Shown piece by piece: positions 33,456 through 43,526 of a DNA stretch of 64,000 bases. The notes under the pieces were generated by a model that worked only from the letters and a program-made list of their open reading frames with translations, had not been told where the DNA came from and ran no database searches. The position numbers and the translations under genes are program-made. Origin of the DNA: Nitrospirales bacterium (GTDB lineage Bacteria > Nitrospirota > Nitrospiria > Nitrospirales > UBA8639); assembly GCA_965203295.1 (NCBI GenBank), contig CBDBCZ010000019.1, forward strand, positions 416,001 through 480,000. Reading direction: 5' to 3'. Position 1 is the stretch's first letter. Each line of letters begins with the position of its first letter.

Positions 33456-34520
33456 TCAGCAGATTCGGGGAAGCTGCTCTCCAGACAAGAGATCGAGAAC
33501 TCGAGAGGTCCCCAAAACGGTCTTAATGACAACTGGTGAGGTGGGAGAAGATGTGAGAGAGAGCACGTCTCCAATTTCAGCAGCCTGTTGGGATACCGCG
33601 TGTTTCTGGAGAATGGAAAGCGCACGATCAACCTCGGAAGCGGGAAGAATCAACACAAATCGACCTTCATTGGCAATGTACAGGGGATCCAATCCAAGGA
33701 TTTCACAGGCTCCGTGGATCGGTTCTTGAATAGGAATCTTTTTCTCATCGATGACTATCTGAACGTTTGCCCCCGATGCCAATTCGTTTAATGCACTGGC
33801 CAAACCGCCACGAGTTAAATCTCGAAGACAATGGATCTGAATATCCTGCCTCACTAAATCCGCAACGACCGAATGAAGCGGAGCGGAGTCGCTGGTGATA
33901 TCTCCGGAAAAAGCAAGCCCTTCCCGCACGCTTAAGACGGCAATACCATGAGCGCCGAGATCCCAACTCACTAGAATACGATCACCGGATTCAATGCGAT
34001 GCGGACCGATATCAATCCCCGACGGGATGACTCCAACGCCTGTCGTGTTAATGAAAATCTGATCCCCCTTCCCTCGATCTACCACTTTAGTATCACCGCA
34101 GACAATCTGAACGTCGCAGGAAAGTGCTGCCTGAGCCATCGATCCCACTACTTGTTTGAGGGTGTCCATTGCCAATCCTTCCTCGAGAATAAAACTCGCA
34201 CTAAGGTACAGGGGTTTAGCCCCAGACATGGCGAGATCGTTAATCGTGCTATGTACTGCCAAACTCCCAATATCGCCACCTGGAAAAAACAAAGGGCGAA
34301 CGACATAGGAATCCGTCGTCAAGGCCAGTCGATCTTTTTGACAAGGAAGGACCGCACTGTCATGAAGTGTACTCAAGGATTGATGACCGAAGGCCTCAAG
34401 AAACACATCCTGAATGAGTGAGTGCATGAGACGTCCGCCACCTCCGTGAGCCAAGCGAATCGTGTCGTGTTCCGAAGAAAGTAATGGACAGTGAAGCTCG
34501 AAACCGGAGTCTTGTTCCAT
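33456..34520 (-). CDS. hypE: Hydrogenase maturation protein HypE
   Basis: LAHGGGG, TTDSYVV.PLFFPGGDIG, DTKVV, ANEG, C-terminal PRIC. Confidence 0.93.
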   Translation of the reverse strand: MEQDSGFELHCPLLSSEHDTIRLAHGGGGRLMHSLIQDVFLEAFGHQSLSTLHDSAVLPCQKDRLALTTDSYVVRPLFFPGGDIGSLAVHSTINDLAMSGAKPLYLSASFILEEGLAMDTLKQVVGSMAQAALSCDVQIVCGDTKVVDRGKGDQIFINTTGVGVIPSGIDIGPHRIESGDRILVSWDLGAHGIAVLSVREGLAFSGDITSDSAPLHSVVADLVRQDIQIHCLRDLTRGGLASALNELASGANVQIVIDEKKIPIQEPIHGACEILGLDPLYIANEGRFVLILPASEVDRALSILQKHAVSQQAAEIGDVLSLTSSPTSPVVIKTVLGTSRVLDLLSGEQLPRIC

Positions 34521-34523
34521 GGG

Positions 34524-35404
34524 TTAAGCAGGAGTCACCCTTTCGCCTCGGTACCGGTAGTACGCAGCACATGCTCCTTCACTGGAGACCATCGGTGCAC
34601 CAAGAGGGTGATCGGGGGTGCACTGTATTGTGAAAGCAGGACAGTCAGAAGGAATCATTTGGCCTTGAAGCACAAGACCACTATTCGACCTGCTTCGAGT
34701 TGTTGGACGACCAAATGAATGCCTTCCAAAATGTCGATGGGCTCAAATCCGGTCACCACGATGGGTACTTGATATGTTTGGGAGAGTGGTTCATAGGCTT
34801 CATAGCCCATGACCGTACATACATGGCCGGCAGCCAGGAATCCCTGCACGCGATTCCCAGGAGAAGATAAGATGGCTTCCATAGCCGGGGGCACAAGCAC
34901 ATGAGCCACTAACAAACTGAAGTTAGTCAGTCCCAAATGGGAAGCCTGGACAACTGCCATGGCTTGCGCCGGGGCTGTCGTCTCGAATCCGACGGCAAAA
35001 CACACGATATGGCGAGAAGAGTTCGCCTTAGCCATTTCCACTGCATCGATCGGTGAGTAAATGATACGAACATCCCCCCCTCGAGCCTTCACGCCAAGCA
35101 AGTCGCCCTGAGAACCAGGGACTCGCAGCATGTCACCAAAGGAACATAACGTGACTTCGGGGAATTCAGCGAGTTGGATTGCAGCGTCGATCAGCTCAAT
35201 GGGGGTTACACAAACTGGACAGCCAGGACCGTGGATCAGCGTAATCTCTTCGGGCAACAATCGATCGAGGCCATACTTCACGATGGCATGCGTCTGCCCT
35301 CCACAGACCTCCATGATCGTCCAGGGATGATGGACAGTCTTCCTGATCTCTTTCGCCAAGGTATCAACTCCCTTGGCACTCCGAAATTCATCAAGGTATT
35401 TCAT
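34524..35404 (-). pseudogene. hypD: Hydrogenase maturation protein HypD with an internal deletion
   Basis: [24 protein letters not shown]; jumps near 34685 into an out-of-frame [31 protein letters not shown] tail. Confidence 0.9.
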
Positions 35405-35649
35405 GGCGAAGGAGCCGTTCCTGCCTGAGAACCGTCTAATTCATCCAGCATGGCTAGTGTTTGCTTTGCCGCCTCTTCATCCAGTTTGCTGATGGCAAAG
35501 CCCACATGCACGATCACATAATCACCAACACTTGCCTCGGGGACCAAGGCTAAACAAACCTCCTTGGTGGCGCCACCAAATGACACTACGCCTTTCCGTA
35601 GGTCACCTTCTTCTATACTCTGAATCTGTCCGGGAATGGCTAAACACAT
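35401..35649 (-). CDS. hypC: Hydrogenase maturation chaperone HypC
   Basis: MCLAIPG...[13 protein letters not shown]. Confidence 0.95.
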   Translation of the reverse strand: MCLAIPGQIQSIEEGDLRKGVVSFGGATKEVCLALVPEASVGDYVIVHVGFAISKLDEEAAKQTLAMLDELDGSQAGTAPSP

Positions 35650-35876
35650 ATGAAAGCTCAAGCGGTTTCCTTCATCTTGTCATATTGAACAGGATGGTGG
35701 AAAGGGAGACCAATTTTTAAGAAGTGAAGGAGAAAGGTATGAGGTGGTCCTAAAAAAACAGACACAAAGTTAAGAGTCACCTGTCTGCCGTTCAAATTCC
35801 TCAGGGCTACGATAACCGAGGGTTTGATGCAGGCGCTTTCGATTTATAGAAGCTCTCGATATAGGCAAAGATCGCC

Positions 35877-36214
35877 TGCCGGGCTATCGATATCAACTCG
35901 TTGCGACCAATCTGACGCTGCCGCCGGTCGAGGTCGGCGGCTGTGCCGCCAAAGCGCGTATTCGGAAAATCGGATCGCCGAGCTCAAACAGGACTTTGGA
36001 CTCACCAACTTTTGCCTGGACGCCTTTTGGGACACGGAAGCCGCGTTTCAGACGGTCTTGATGGCCTACAACGTGATGAGTTTGTTCCGTCAAGCGTTGC
36101 TGCGAGCGCCTCGGGCAGTGAAGCTTTCGACCATGCGGGTCCAATGCTTTGCATTAGGGGCTTGGATAGGCCGACAAGGTCGGACCAAGGCCCTCCAGAT
36201 CAGTGTGCCCCGCA
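35877..36214 (+). mobile_element. IS1380-family transposase remnant, copy 1
   Basis: YRYQLVATNL, ENRIAELKQDFG, AYNVMSLFR; near-identical to the reverse complement of 40661-40999. Confidence 0.8.
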
Positions 36215-36434
36215 AAAAGTTGGCCGCACAACTAAACACCGAGGTTCGTCCCGTAACCATGAGCCCTTTCTAGCATACATTGGTTACGAAACGCCCTAAT
36301 TACCAATGAAATTACCTGGCTCTTTTTGATTTAGGAAAGTCGGTACGAAAAATGTCTTCTTCCTGATGAGGAAAAGAAGAACTCTCCGTTCCCAAAAAAA
36401 CTCTGGCAGTAAAACGGCGAATAGCCTGAACATC

Positions 36435-36707
36435 CTATGTTTCTTTGATAATTCGTTCCCCATATTGAGGTTGCCAACCACAGTTCAAACAACGCATTTC
36501 AATTTTCTTCGAAAGATCGATCGTCTGAATCACAATCCACCCATGACACTTGAGGCAATGTCTGCGAGAACTATACCTATGAGATACCGGGATTGTAGGT
36601 GGGGATTCCCTTCCAGAGGAGCTGCGAGGAGAACGTGCTGTGGAAGGGCAGCGTTTTTTCCGCTTGGCAAGTCGTCCGGTTTTCCTAACTCGGGTTTTGA
36701 TTTTCAT
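36435..36707 (-). CDS. Small basic Zn-ribbon protein
   Basis: GGGAGG RBS; CLKC...CLNCG; sigma54 promoter upstream. Confidence 0.65.
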   Translation of the reverse strand: MKIKTRVRKTGRLAKRKKRCPSTARSPRSSSGRESPPTIPVSHRYSSRRHCLKCHGWIVIQTIDLSKKIEMRCLNCGWQPQYGERIIKET

Positions 36708-36864
36708 TCTGCCTCCCTGCAATTTTGAAAAGGGGCTACCCTTAATCCCATGTTCCGCCAGAATTTTGTCAGACGAAGGTGACAAACTTTTGGTTAATGT
36801 CTAATCGGGGATTTAGATACCTTCATTTTTTGGTAATAATACCTAGAAATGTTCAATTATTTTA

Positions 36865-36880
36865 AGCAATATTCGTGCCT
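36865..36880 (-). promoter_or_regulatory. Sigma54 promoter
   Basis: AGGCAC-GAATA-TTGCT on the minus strand. Confidence 0.75.
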
Positions 36881-37000
36881 TTATTCATTAAAATAATCAT
36901 TTAACTAACAAAAAAACAAAAAAAAACAATTGTTTTTATTGGTATTTTTTTAATGCTTTTGAAAGGAGACCACTTTGTGGGTAAAGCATAAATAACAAAT

Positions 37001-37040
37001 TGTATCCAACTGTGTACAAATCTGTCTCCAAACAGATACA
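37001..37040. promoter_or_regulatory. Two TGT-N12-ACA candidate enhancer sites
   Basis: TGTATCCAACTGTGTACA and TGTCTCCAAACAGATACA, starts 22 bp apart, 120-160 bp upstream of the sigma54 promoter. Confidence 0.55.
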
Positions 37041-37160
37041 AGATATTGTCTTTGATGAAGATTTTGTTATCCATTTGTGGAGCTAGATGTGCTGTCCAGA
37101 GAAGAAAGAGAAGAAAATGAAGAGTTTTGAGTCATTTTGTAAGGAAGATGAAAAAAGTCT

Positions 37161-37964
37161 TTATTCGCAACAAGACACTTTGAAAAGACGTCTGTCCTCC
37201 AATCGAATAGCAGCCAAGAAATTCCCCCAAACACACCCACCGTCTAAGCCAAGGAATTTTTCTTCTTGTAAAAGGCCGAGAGCTGACCAGTGCCCGAAAA
37301 TTACTGTGTCCTCCCGACGTTGGGGGCAGGGGATTTGGTACCAAGGATGAAGGCCTTGAGGGGCTTGAGAGGGCGGGCCCTTGAATGAAAGGTCGATTTC
37401 CCCCGATGTGTGACAAAGGCGAATTCGAGTGAGAACATTGGTGATGAACCCTAATCGGTCCCCTTGGGAGAGATCATCTTTCCATCGCGTCGCTGTACTC
37501 CGGTACAAGGGCTTCAGAAATTTTGGGTATTCTTCAGACTGTAATGCGCTTTCAACCTTCTGTGCCAATTTCACAGCTTGCTTGACGGACCACTCTAGAA
37601 GAAGCCCAGCATGAACAAGCACAAACCCTGGCTCATAGTAAATCATGCGTTGATGCCGCAACCAAAAAATTAAATCCTGACTATCTGGAGCGTTCAATAT
37701 ATCCTGAATTGTATCGTGAGCATGAAGGCCACCCACACCGGCATGAACAGCAAGAAGGTGCAGGTCATGATTTCCCAAGACAGTGATGGCCGAAGGGCCT
37801 AAGTTTTTAATAAACCGGAGAACAGAAAGAGAGTCTGGTCCTCGATTGACCAAATCCCCTACTAACCACAGCCTATCCTCAGTTGGATTAAATTGTATTC
37901 GAGTCAATAAACGTTGGAGTGCCGTGAAGCACCCCTGAATGTCGCCAATTGCGTAAGTGGCCAA
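37161..37964 (-). CDS. apaH: Symmetrical bis(5'-nucleosyl)-tetraphosphatase
   Basis: YAIGDIQGC, GDLVNRGPDSL, LGNHDLHLL, VHAG, FGHWSALG, LDGGCVWG. Confidence 0.95.
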   Translation of the reverse strand: MATYAIGDIQGCFTALQRLLTRIQFNPTEDRLWLVGDLVNRGPDSLSVLRFIKNLGPSAITVLGNHDLHLLAVHAGVGGLHAHDTIQDILNAPDSQDLIFWLRHQRMIYYEPGFVLVHAGLLLEWSVKQAVKLAQKVESALQSEEYPKFLKPLYRSTATRWKDDLSQGDRLGFITNVLTRIRLCHTSGEIDLSFKGPPSQAPQGLHPWYQIPCPQRREDTVIFGHWSALGLLQEEKFLGLDGGCVWGNFLAAIRLEDRRLFKVSCCE

Positions 37965-38172
37965 AAGAACCTCTTTATGAGGAGAAGGTAAAATCCGGTC
38001 AATCGAGGCGGGACAATTCACTAGGGATAGTGACTATAATTCCGGACCATATCCTGAATGCCGGTATCATGCAAGGACACCACAAGGTCATCAGCGTTGA
38101 TCAAAGTACAGAAGGTCCGATAGGATCAATCTGAGGAGGAGAGCGTATTCTATAAATTCAGGAGTTAACCCA

Positions 38173-38829
38173 ATGGAACGAATTTTGGAACCGGAAATTA
38201 TGGAGGGTGTGGAGCAAGCTCGGGTCTATGCCGAAGCCGATTTTTCAAAAGAGAACCAATGGTTCGTTGATCATTTTTTCAAGACCTATCCTGATTTGAC
38301 CGAGGGAACGTTGTTAGATCTGGGATGTGGGCCGGCGGACATTCCTATTCGATTAACCCAAGCAAAGCCAACTCTCTGCGTCATTGGTGTCGACGCGTCG
38401 GCGGCCATGCTCCAATTAGCTAAGGAGGTAGTCGAGCGGAATGGTCTGTCAGGAAAAGTCACGTTGATTCATGAACTTATTCAAAATTTGGAGGGTGTGG
38501 AACCGGCTAGTACGATCATTTCCAATAGCTTGGCCCATCATATTCCGAATCCAATACAATTCTGGTATACAGTAAAAAGGCTGGCAAGACCGGGAGCGCC
38601 GGTCTTAGTCATGGACCTTCTGCGACCTGAGTCAGTAGAAGAGGCCGAAGCAATCGTCAATATGTATGCTGCCGAGGAGCCAGAGCAGCTGCGAAAGGAC
38701 TTTTTTCTTTCCCTGAGAAGTGCATTTACCGAAGACGAAGTTGCAGCTCAACTCGCAGAACTGAATTTAAGCCGACTCCTCATTGATGTACCGGATGACC
38801 GACATTGGATCGTCTATGGGAGAGTGTAA
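38173..38829 (+). CDS. Class I SAM-dependent methyltransferase
   Basis: LDLGCGPAD, GVDAS..ML, SNSLAHH, MDLLRP. Confidence 0.88.
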   Translation: MERILEPEIMEGVEQARVYAEADFSKENQWFVDHFFKTYPDLTEGTLLDLGCGPADIPIRLTQAKPTLCVIGVDASAAMLQLAKEVVERNGLSGKVTLIHELIQNLEGVEPASTIISNSLAHHIPNPIQFWYTVKRLARPGAPVLVMDLLRPESVEEAEAIVNMYAAEEPEQLRKDFFLSLRSAFTEDEVAAQLAELNLSRLLIDVPDDRHWIVYGRV

Positions 38830-38895
38830 AAATGAAAAAGGTCTCGAACAGGTCTTGACTGTTCCGGCACAACCTGCTTAATGTGAGCTTCCATT

Positions 38896-38969
38896 TGGGG
38901 GATCGTCCAAGGGCAGGACATCAGATTTTGGATCTGAGAATCTAGGTTCGAATCCTAGTCCCCCAGCCA
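38896..38969 (+). tRNA. tRNA-Gln (anticodon TTG)
   Basis: Acceptor TGGGGGA/TCCCCCA, anticodon arm TCAGA-TTTTGGA-TCTGA, GGTTCGAATCC T-arm, encoded CCA. Confidence 0.97.
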
Positions 38970-39009
38970 CTCCTTTTCCTTCCTCCCATTACAGAGATAC
39001 CTATCTCTT

Positions 39010-39237
39010 TTGAACGTAAAGGATTGGAATCTATCATTAGCCGAACCTGAACGACAACCGTATACCGGAGTCATTTCCAGCGGCAAGCTCCAATATTTTC
39101 AAGCGATCTATGCGGACAAAGCGGTTTCAGAAGCTTATGTTGAGTGTCATAATTCCTATCCACTCAGCCTCAAACGAGATTTTCAGTTAAATGATATTAT
39201 GGGAGGAATCGTGATCACCATTCCTCTTAATGGATAA
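39010..39237 (+). pseudogene. C-terminal remnant of a DUF3365/Tll0287-like heme protein
   Basis: FQAIYADKAVSEAYVECHN...RDFQLNDIMGGIVITIPL; CxxCH degraded to YxxCH. Confidence 0.65.
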
Positions 39238-39798
39238 GGACAAAATAGATGAATGTCCTGTCAGTGGTTGTAGAAAAAAGGCTCTCTTGCTATTAGACCC
39301 ATTGCTCGTGAATAGGTGTCTCGAGGTGACCTCTTTTTTGTTCGTTTTCTGAATCAACAAGTATGGGAAAGTTGGAGGCATTTGGGGATGCGCCTTTCCG
39401 CAATATACGACACAAGACCAAAGTTATACCCTGAGACAATTCCGGAGTTTTGTCGATTTGGGATACAGGAACGTCATGAATCACCTATGAGGCCACAACC
39501 AAGCAAATAAGATCGGTGAGTTGTTCCTCCGGTGCCACCCAGCTGTTGTCCGAGGAAGTGACAGGAGAGAATCCAAGGAGGCTATGAAAATACCAGGTGT
39601 GGGTAGCCCATACGGAGCCTGTAAGTTCTATTTATTCATCTCCTCGGACCAATAACATAAAAGTCTGTTTTACAAAATAGCTGTCAATCGTTTAGATAGA
39701 ATCTGAACGGAATCGGATACTTCAAGCGTAAAGGGCTAAGACCTATTCCTGCCATAGTCAACCCACGCCGAGTATCGAGTCAAACCCAACCTCGCCCC

Positions 39799-40566
39799 AT
39801 CACCAGTTCCCACAATACTCAATTCAAACGTTGGTATCAGTTATTGGAATCCCATGGCATCAAGGAATTCCAGCAATTTTTTCTTTTTGGAGAAAAAGTG
39901 ATCCAGGAACTATTGTCCAGACACCCTAGTTCCTGCTTGGAATTCATTTATCCTGAAGGGTTTCAGAGTCGTGTTCCTATTCCAGGCCATGTACCCACGT
40001 TTGTCCTGAGCCGACAATTGTTTCAGCGATTAGATTTATTTGGGACTCGCTTTCCCCTGCTCGTGTGTAAGGCTCCCTCCCTTCCACGGTTCAACCCAAG
40101 CAAGGGCCCACAAAGAATAGAGCTGTTTTGTCCATTGGGTGATCCCGCGAATGTGGGAGCTCTGCTGCGCAGTTGTGGAGCTTTTGGCGTAAGTCGCGTC
40201 ATCATTTTGAAAGAGGCTGCCTATCCCCTTCACCCCAAATCGATCAGGGCGATGAGCGGCTCTGTGTTTGATCAGTACCTGTGCCTAGGCCCATCATTGA
40301 AGGCATTGGGAGAAAAAACAACTGGACAGAATATGGTGGTATTGGATACAGCGGGAGAAAGTCTTTCGACTTTTCAATGGCCACGAAATGTCAGGTTGCT
40401 TGTTGGAGAGGAAGGGCAAGGAATTCCCAGACTACCGGTAAAACATCAAGTAGCTATTCCCATGATGGAATCCATCAATTCACTCAATGCCACCGTGGCC
40501 GCTAGTATTGCGTTATATGCCTACCGATTACAGTATCCTCTACGAAGATTGGAAAATACGCTTTAA
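39799..40566 (+). CDS. TrmH/SpoU-family RNA methyltransferase (start codon unclear)
   Basis: ITSSHN..FK at the N-terminus, DPANVGALLRS..AFG, VGEEGQG, IPM..INSLNATVA. Confidence 0.85.
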   Translation: MTSSHNTQFKRWYQLLESHGIKEFQQFFLFGEKVIQELLSRHPSSCLEFIYPEGFQSRVPIPGHVPTFVLSRQLFQRLDLFGTRFPLLVCKAPSLPRFNPSKGPQRIELFCPLGDPANVGALLRSCGAFGVSRVIILKEAAYPLHPKSIRAMSGSVFDQYLCLGPSLKALGEKTTGQNMVVLDTAGESLSTFQWPRNVRLLVGEEGQGIPRLPVKHQVAIPMMESINSLNATVAASIALYAYRLQYPLRRLENTL

Positions 40567-40660
40567 CCTGGATTTTGCATTAGACATTTGAAACCGGATC
40601 TGACCATGGAGGGGGAAAGCCCTCTAACCTGGCAAAAAGCCCCTCGAACTAGGGTCGACG

Positions 40661-41197
40661 TGCGGGGGCACACTGATCTGGAGGGCCTTGGTCCGACCTT
40701 GTCGGCCTATCCAAGCCCCTAATGCAAAGCATTGGACCCGCATGGTCGAAAGCTTCACTGCCCGAGGCGCTCGCAGCAACGCTTGACGGAACAAACTCAT
40801 CACGTTGTAGGCCATCAAGACCGTCTGAAACGCGGCTTCCGTGTCCCAAAAGGCGTCCAGGCAAAAGTTGGTGAGTCCAAAGTCCTGTTTGAGCTCGGCG
40901 ATCCGATTTTCCGAATACGCGCTTTGGCGGCACAGCCGCCGACCTCGACCGGCGGCAGCGTCAGATTGGTCGCAACGAGTTGATATCGATAGCCCGGCAC
41001 CTCCGGCAATAATTTGCCCTGCGCCTGAGGCCAGCCTTGCGCTTGATAGCCCACCTCGGTCACGGCCAAGCCCCGGCGGCAGCAAGCGCAGCTCTGGCAA
41101 CAGCCGACCCGCCACAACGTAGCTGAGGGAATGGTCTTCGAAATGGGTCAAGATGGCATTGGCGCAAAATCCGGCATCGGTTCTGACCAGCCCAATC
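40661..41197 (-). mobile_element. IS1380-family transposase remnant, copy 2 (longer)
   Basis: LVRTDAGF, YRYQLVATNL, ENRIAELK; frameshifted and internally deleted. Confidence 0.8.
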
Positions 41198-41266
41198 TGA
41201 TCTTTCCCCTGTTCGTGAAAGCTTCCTACCATATTTCCTGTCGTCCACTAGACAGGGGAAAGATCA
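41198..41266. mobile_element. 69-bp miniature element with IS3-like ends
   Basis: 15-bp perfect TIR TGATCTTTCCCCTGT / ACAGGGGAAAGATCA, TG...CA ends. Confidence 0.65.
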
Positions 41267-41503
41267 ACCTTGTGCTATGGAAGTCCACATGGTTAACATT
41301 TGAGAATATCAAAGGATACCGCTCCTTTTTGATGATCCGGTCGTGGATCAGTGAGAAAATGAGCCATCCCCATGTGAGGAGTGACGATGGGGATAGTCTC
41401 AGGGTATCATTGGGTTTAGCAGGCTCCACTTGACAATTGAGGGATAGCCGCGATACGCCTATCATATCATGGCGTAATGGTCGGTTCTATACGGAGGCAT
41501 CAC

Positions 41504-41728
41504 ATGGCAGTCAATGCACTTCGGAAAGATCTCCCACGTGGCACGAAACCACCGAGCACCGCTTCTTCAAATGACAGCTCTTGGGAGAGAAAATCTCAGG
41601 AGGATAAAGAACTCGAGAGAGATCTTGCTGCACAGGAGGAACAGGATGTGTGGGAGTCAGAGGTGATTGGAATTGTGAAGTGGTCTGAGGGTGGGGGAAG
41701 CCGTTTTTCCGACCCCGGCGCTGATTGA
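41504..41728 (+). CDS. Small acidic hypothetical protein
   Basis: GGAGG RBS, 74-aa ORF. Confidence 0.6.
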   Translation: MAVNALRKDLPRGTKPPSTASSNDSSWERKSQEDKELERDLAAQEEQDVWESEVIGIVKWSEGGGSRFSDPGAD

Positions 41729-42220
41729 AAACAGACTGAAAGTCGTTGGATCCTCACACGTACCGACGCTTTCTCCATTGACCTACAGAGCACATGGATA
41801 ACCTCTCTCTTGCAGCTCTCCAAAATGAGCAGAAGATTTTGGGGAGACGCGACTCTCGTGTGTGAAAAATTCTAAAAGGGATTGTGTTGGAGTTGCTCCT
41901 TCCTTCTTGAAAATGGAGGTACCCTCGTAATTTGAGGAGATCCTCGTTAGCGGCAATCATGCATTTGCCATGGCCGTCCAGGACATCGGCTAGACGTGTT
42001 GCGCCATTTTCCACATCAATAGGTCTTTCTTTTAGTCATAGCCTATTTTTTGATCGTCATGCGGAGATTGGGTATTCCGTTCCGGTTCTTAAGAGTCCCT
42101 GATAAAGGCTGTTTCGGTGTTTACTCAAGGAAAATCCCATTCAGTTTTATGAAAGAGAAAATATGATCATAGCCATATATTGGAACAATACTTTTCGTCT
42201 ACGAGAGGAGGGGGCACTTC

Positions 42221-43504
42221 TTGAAACACACACATTCCCAACGATTATTTGCTGAGGCGCAGCGGTATATTCCTGGTGGAGTCAATAGCCCAGTCAGGGC
42301 CTTTCGATCGGTGGGCGGTCGACCTGCATTTATTAAGAAGGCAAAAGGTTCCCGACTGTTTGATGTGGATGGGAATACCTTTGTGGATTATGTCCTTTCT
42401 TGGGGTCTTATGATTCTCGGACATGCCCACCCCGCCGTGATGAGAGCCGTGAAACGTGCTGTTGAACAAGGTACGAGTTTCGGGGCTCCCACGGAAGGGG
42501 AGACCAAGCTTGCTCAAATGATTTGTCAGGCCTTTCCTTCTATAGGCCAAGTCCGCTTAGTGAACTCAGGGACGGAAGCAGTCATGAGTGCAATCCGTCT
42601 GGCGAGGGCCTATACCAAGCGAGATGGAATTTTAAAATTCGAAGGGTGCTATCACGGACACGCTGACCATCTTTTGGTGAAAGCCGGATCAGGAGTTGTA
42701 ACCTTGGGAATTCCCGATAGCCCAGGTGTTCCGTCGGCTTTTGCACGACATACTCTGACCGCACCATACAACGATTTCAGGGCCGTCGATTGTCTCGTCC
42801 GCAAACATGCGAAGAACCTTGCCTGTATCATTGTTGAACCAATTGCTGGCAATATGGGGGTGGTCGAACCTAAAGATGCCTTTTTGCCCCATCTCCGGAA
42901 ATTGACCAAAGAGCATGGCATCTTACTGATCTTTGATGAAGTGATTACCGGATTTCGCGTGGCTTATGGGGGAGCTCAAAGCCAGTTTGGAGTCATTCCC
43001 GACCTGACGTGTTTGGGGAAAATTATCGGTGGTGGATTACCGGTTGGAGCCTACGGGGGATCACGCCGCATCATGCAAAACGTGGCACCAGTGGGGCCAG
43101 TGTATCAGGCAGGAACCTTATCTGGTAATCCTTTAGCTGTTAGTGCTGGTTTGGAGACACTCAAACATTTAAAAAAACCTGGTGTCTATACGAAGTTGGA
43201 AAAATTGGGAGCCCAATTGGCAGAGGGATTATGTGATGCGGCGAAGAAGGCCAGGGTTTCTTATTACCAAACCCGAGTGGGATCTATGTTAGGCGGGTTT
43301 TTTTCAGAAAGGCCTGTTGTCGATTATCGTTCGGCCAAATTCTCTGACACTCGACGATACGCGAAGTTTTTTCACCAGATGTTGAGTAAGGGATCTTACT
43401 TCGCCCCCTCACAATTTGAAGCCGCCTTTGTGTCAACGGCTCACACCGCAGCAGATATAGAGCAAACTATCGAGGCGGCTTACCAAGTCTTTAAAAAATT
43501 GTAG
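42221..43504 (+). CDS. hemL: Glutamate-1-semialdehyde 2,1-aminomutase
   Basis: PGGVNSPVRAF, NSGTEA, FEGCYHGH, DEVITGFR, GKIIGGG, YQAGTLSGNP. Confidence 0.97.
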   Translation: MKHTHSQRLFAEAQRYIPGGVNSPVRAFRSVGGRPAFIKKAKGSRLFDVDGNTFVDYVLSWGLMILGHAHPAVMRAVKRAVEQGTSFGAPTEGETKLAQMICQAFPSIGQVRLVNSGTEAVMSAIRLARAYTKRDGILKFEGCYHGHADHLLVKAGSGVVTLGIPDSPGVPSAFARHTLTAPYNDFRAVDCLVRKHAKNLACIIVEPIAGNMGVVEPKDAFLPHLRKLTKEHGILLIFDEVITGFRVAYGGAQSQFGVIPDLTCLGKIIGGGLPVGAYGGSRRIMQNVAPVGPVYQAGTLSGNPLAVSAGLETLKHLKKPGVYTKLEKLGAQLAEGLCDAAKKARVSYYQTRVGSMLGGFFSERPVVDYRSAKFSDTRRYAKFFHQMLSKGSYFAPSQFEAAFVSTAHTAADIEQTIEAAYQVFKKL

Positions 43505-43526
43505 GAATCTTGGGACCAATTTTCCC

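Noticed and set aside
38896..38969. tRNA-Gln as the attachment site of an integrated island
   Set aside because: No integrase nearby, and I found no duplicate of the tRNA 3' end in the window.
39290..42040. Possible decayed genes at 39290-39640 (-) and 41754-42040 (-)
   Set aside because: Short broken frames with no recognisable motif; cannot be supported without a homology search.
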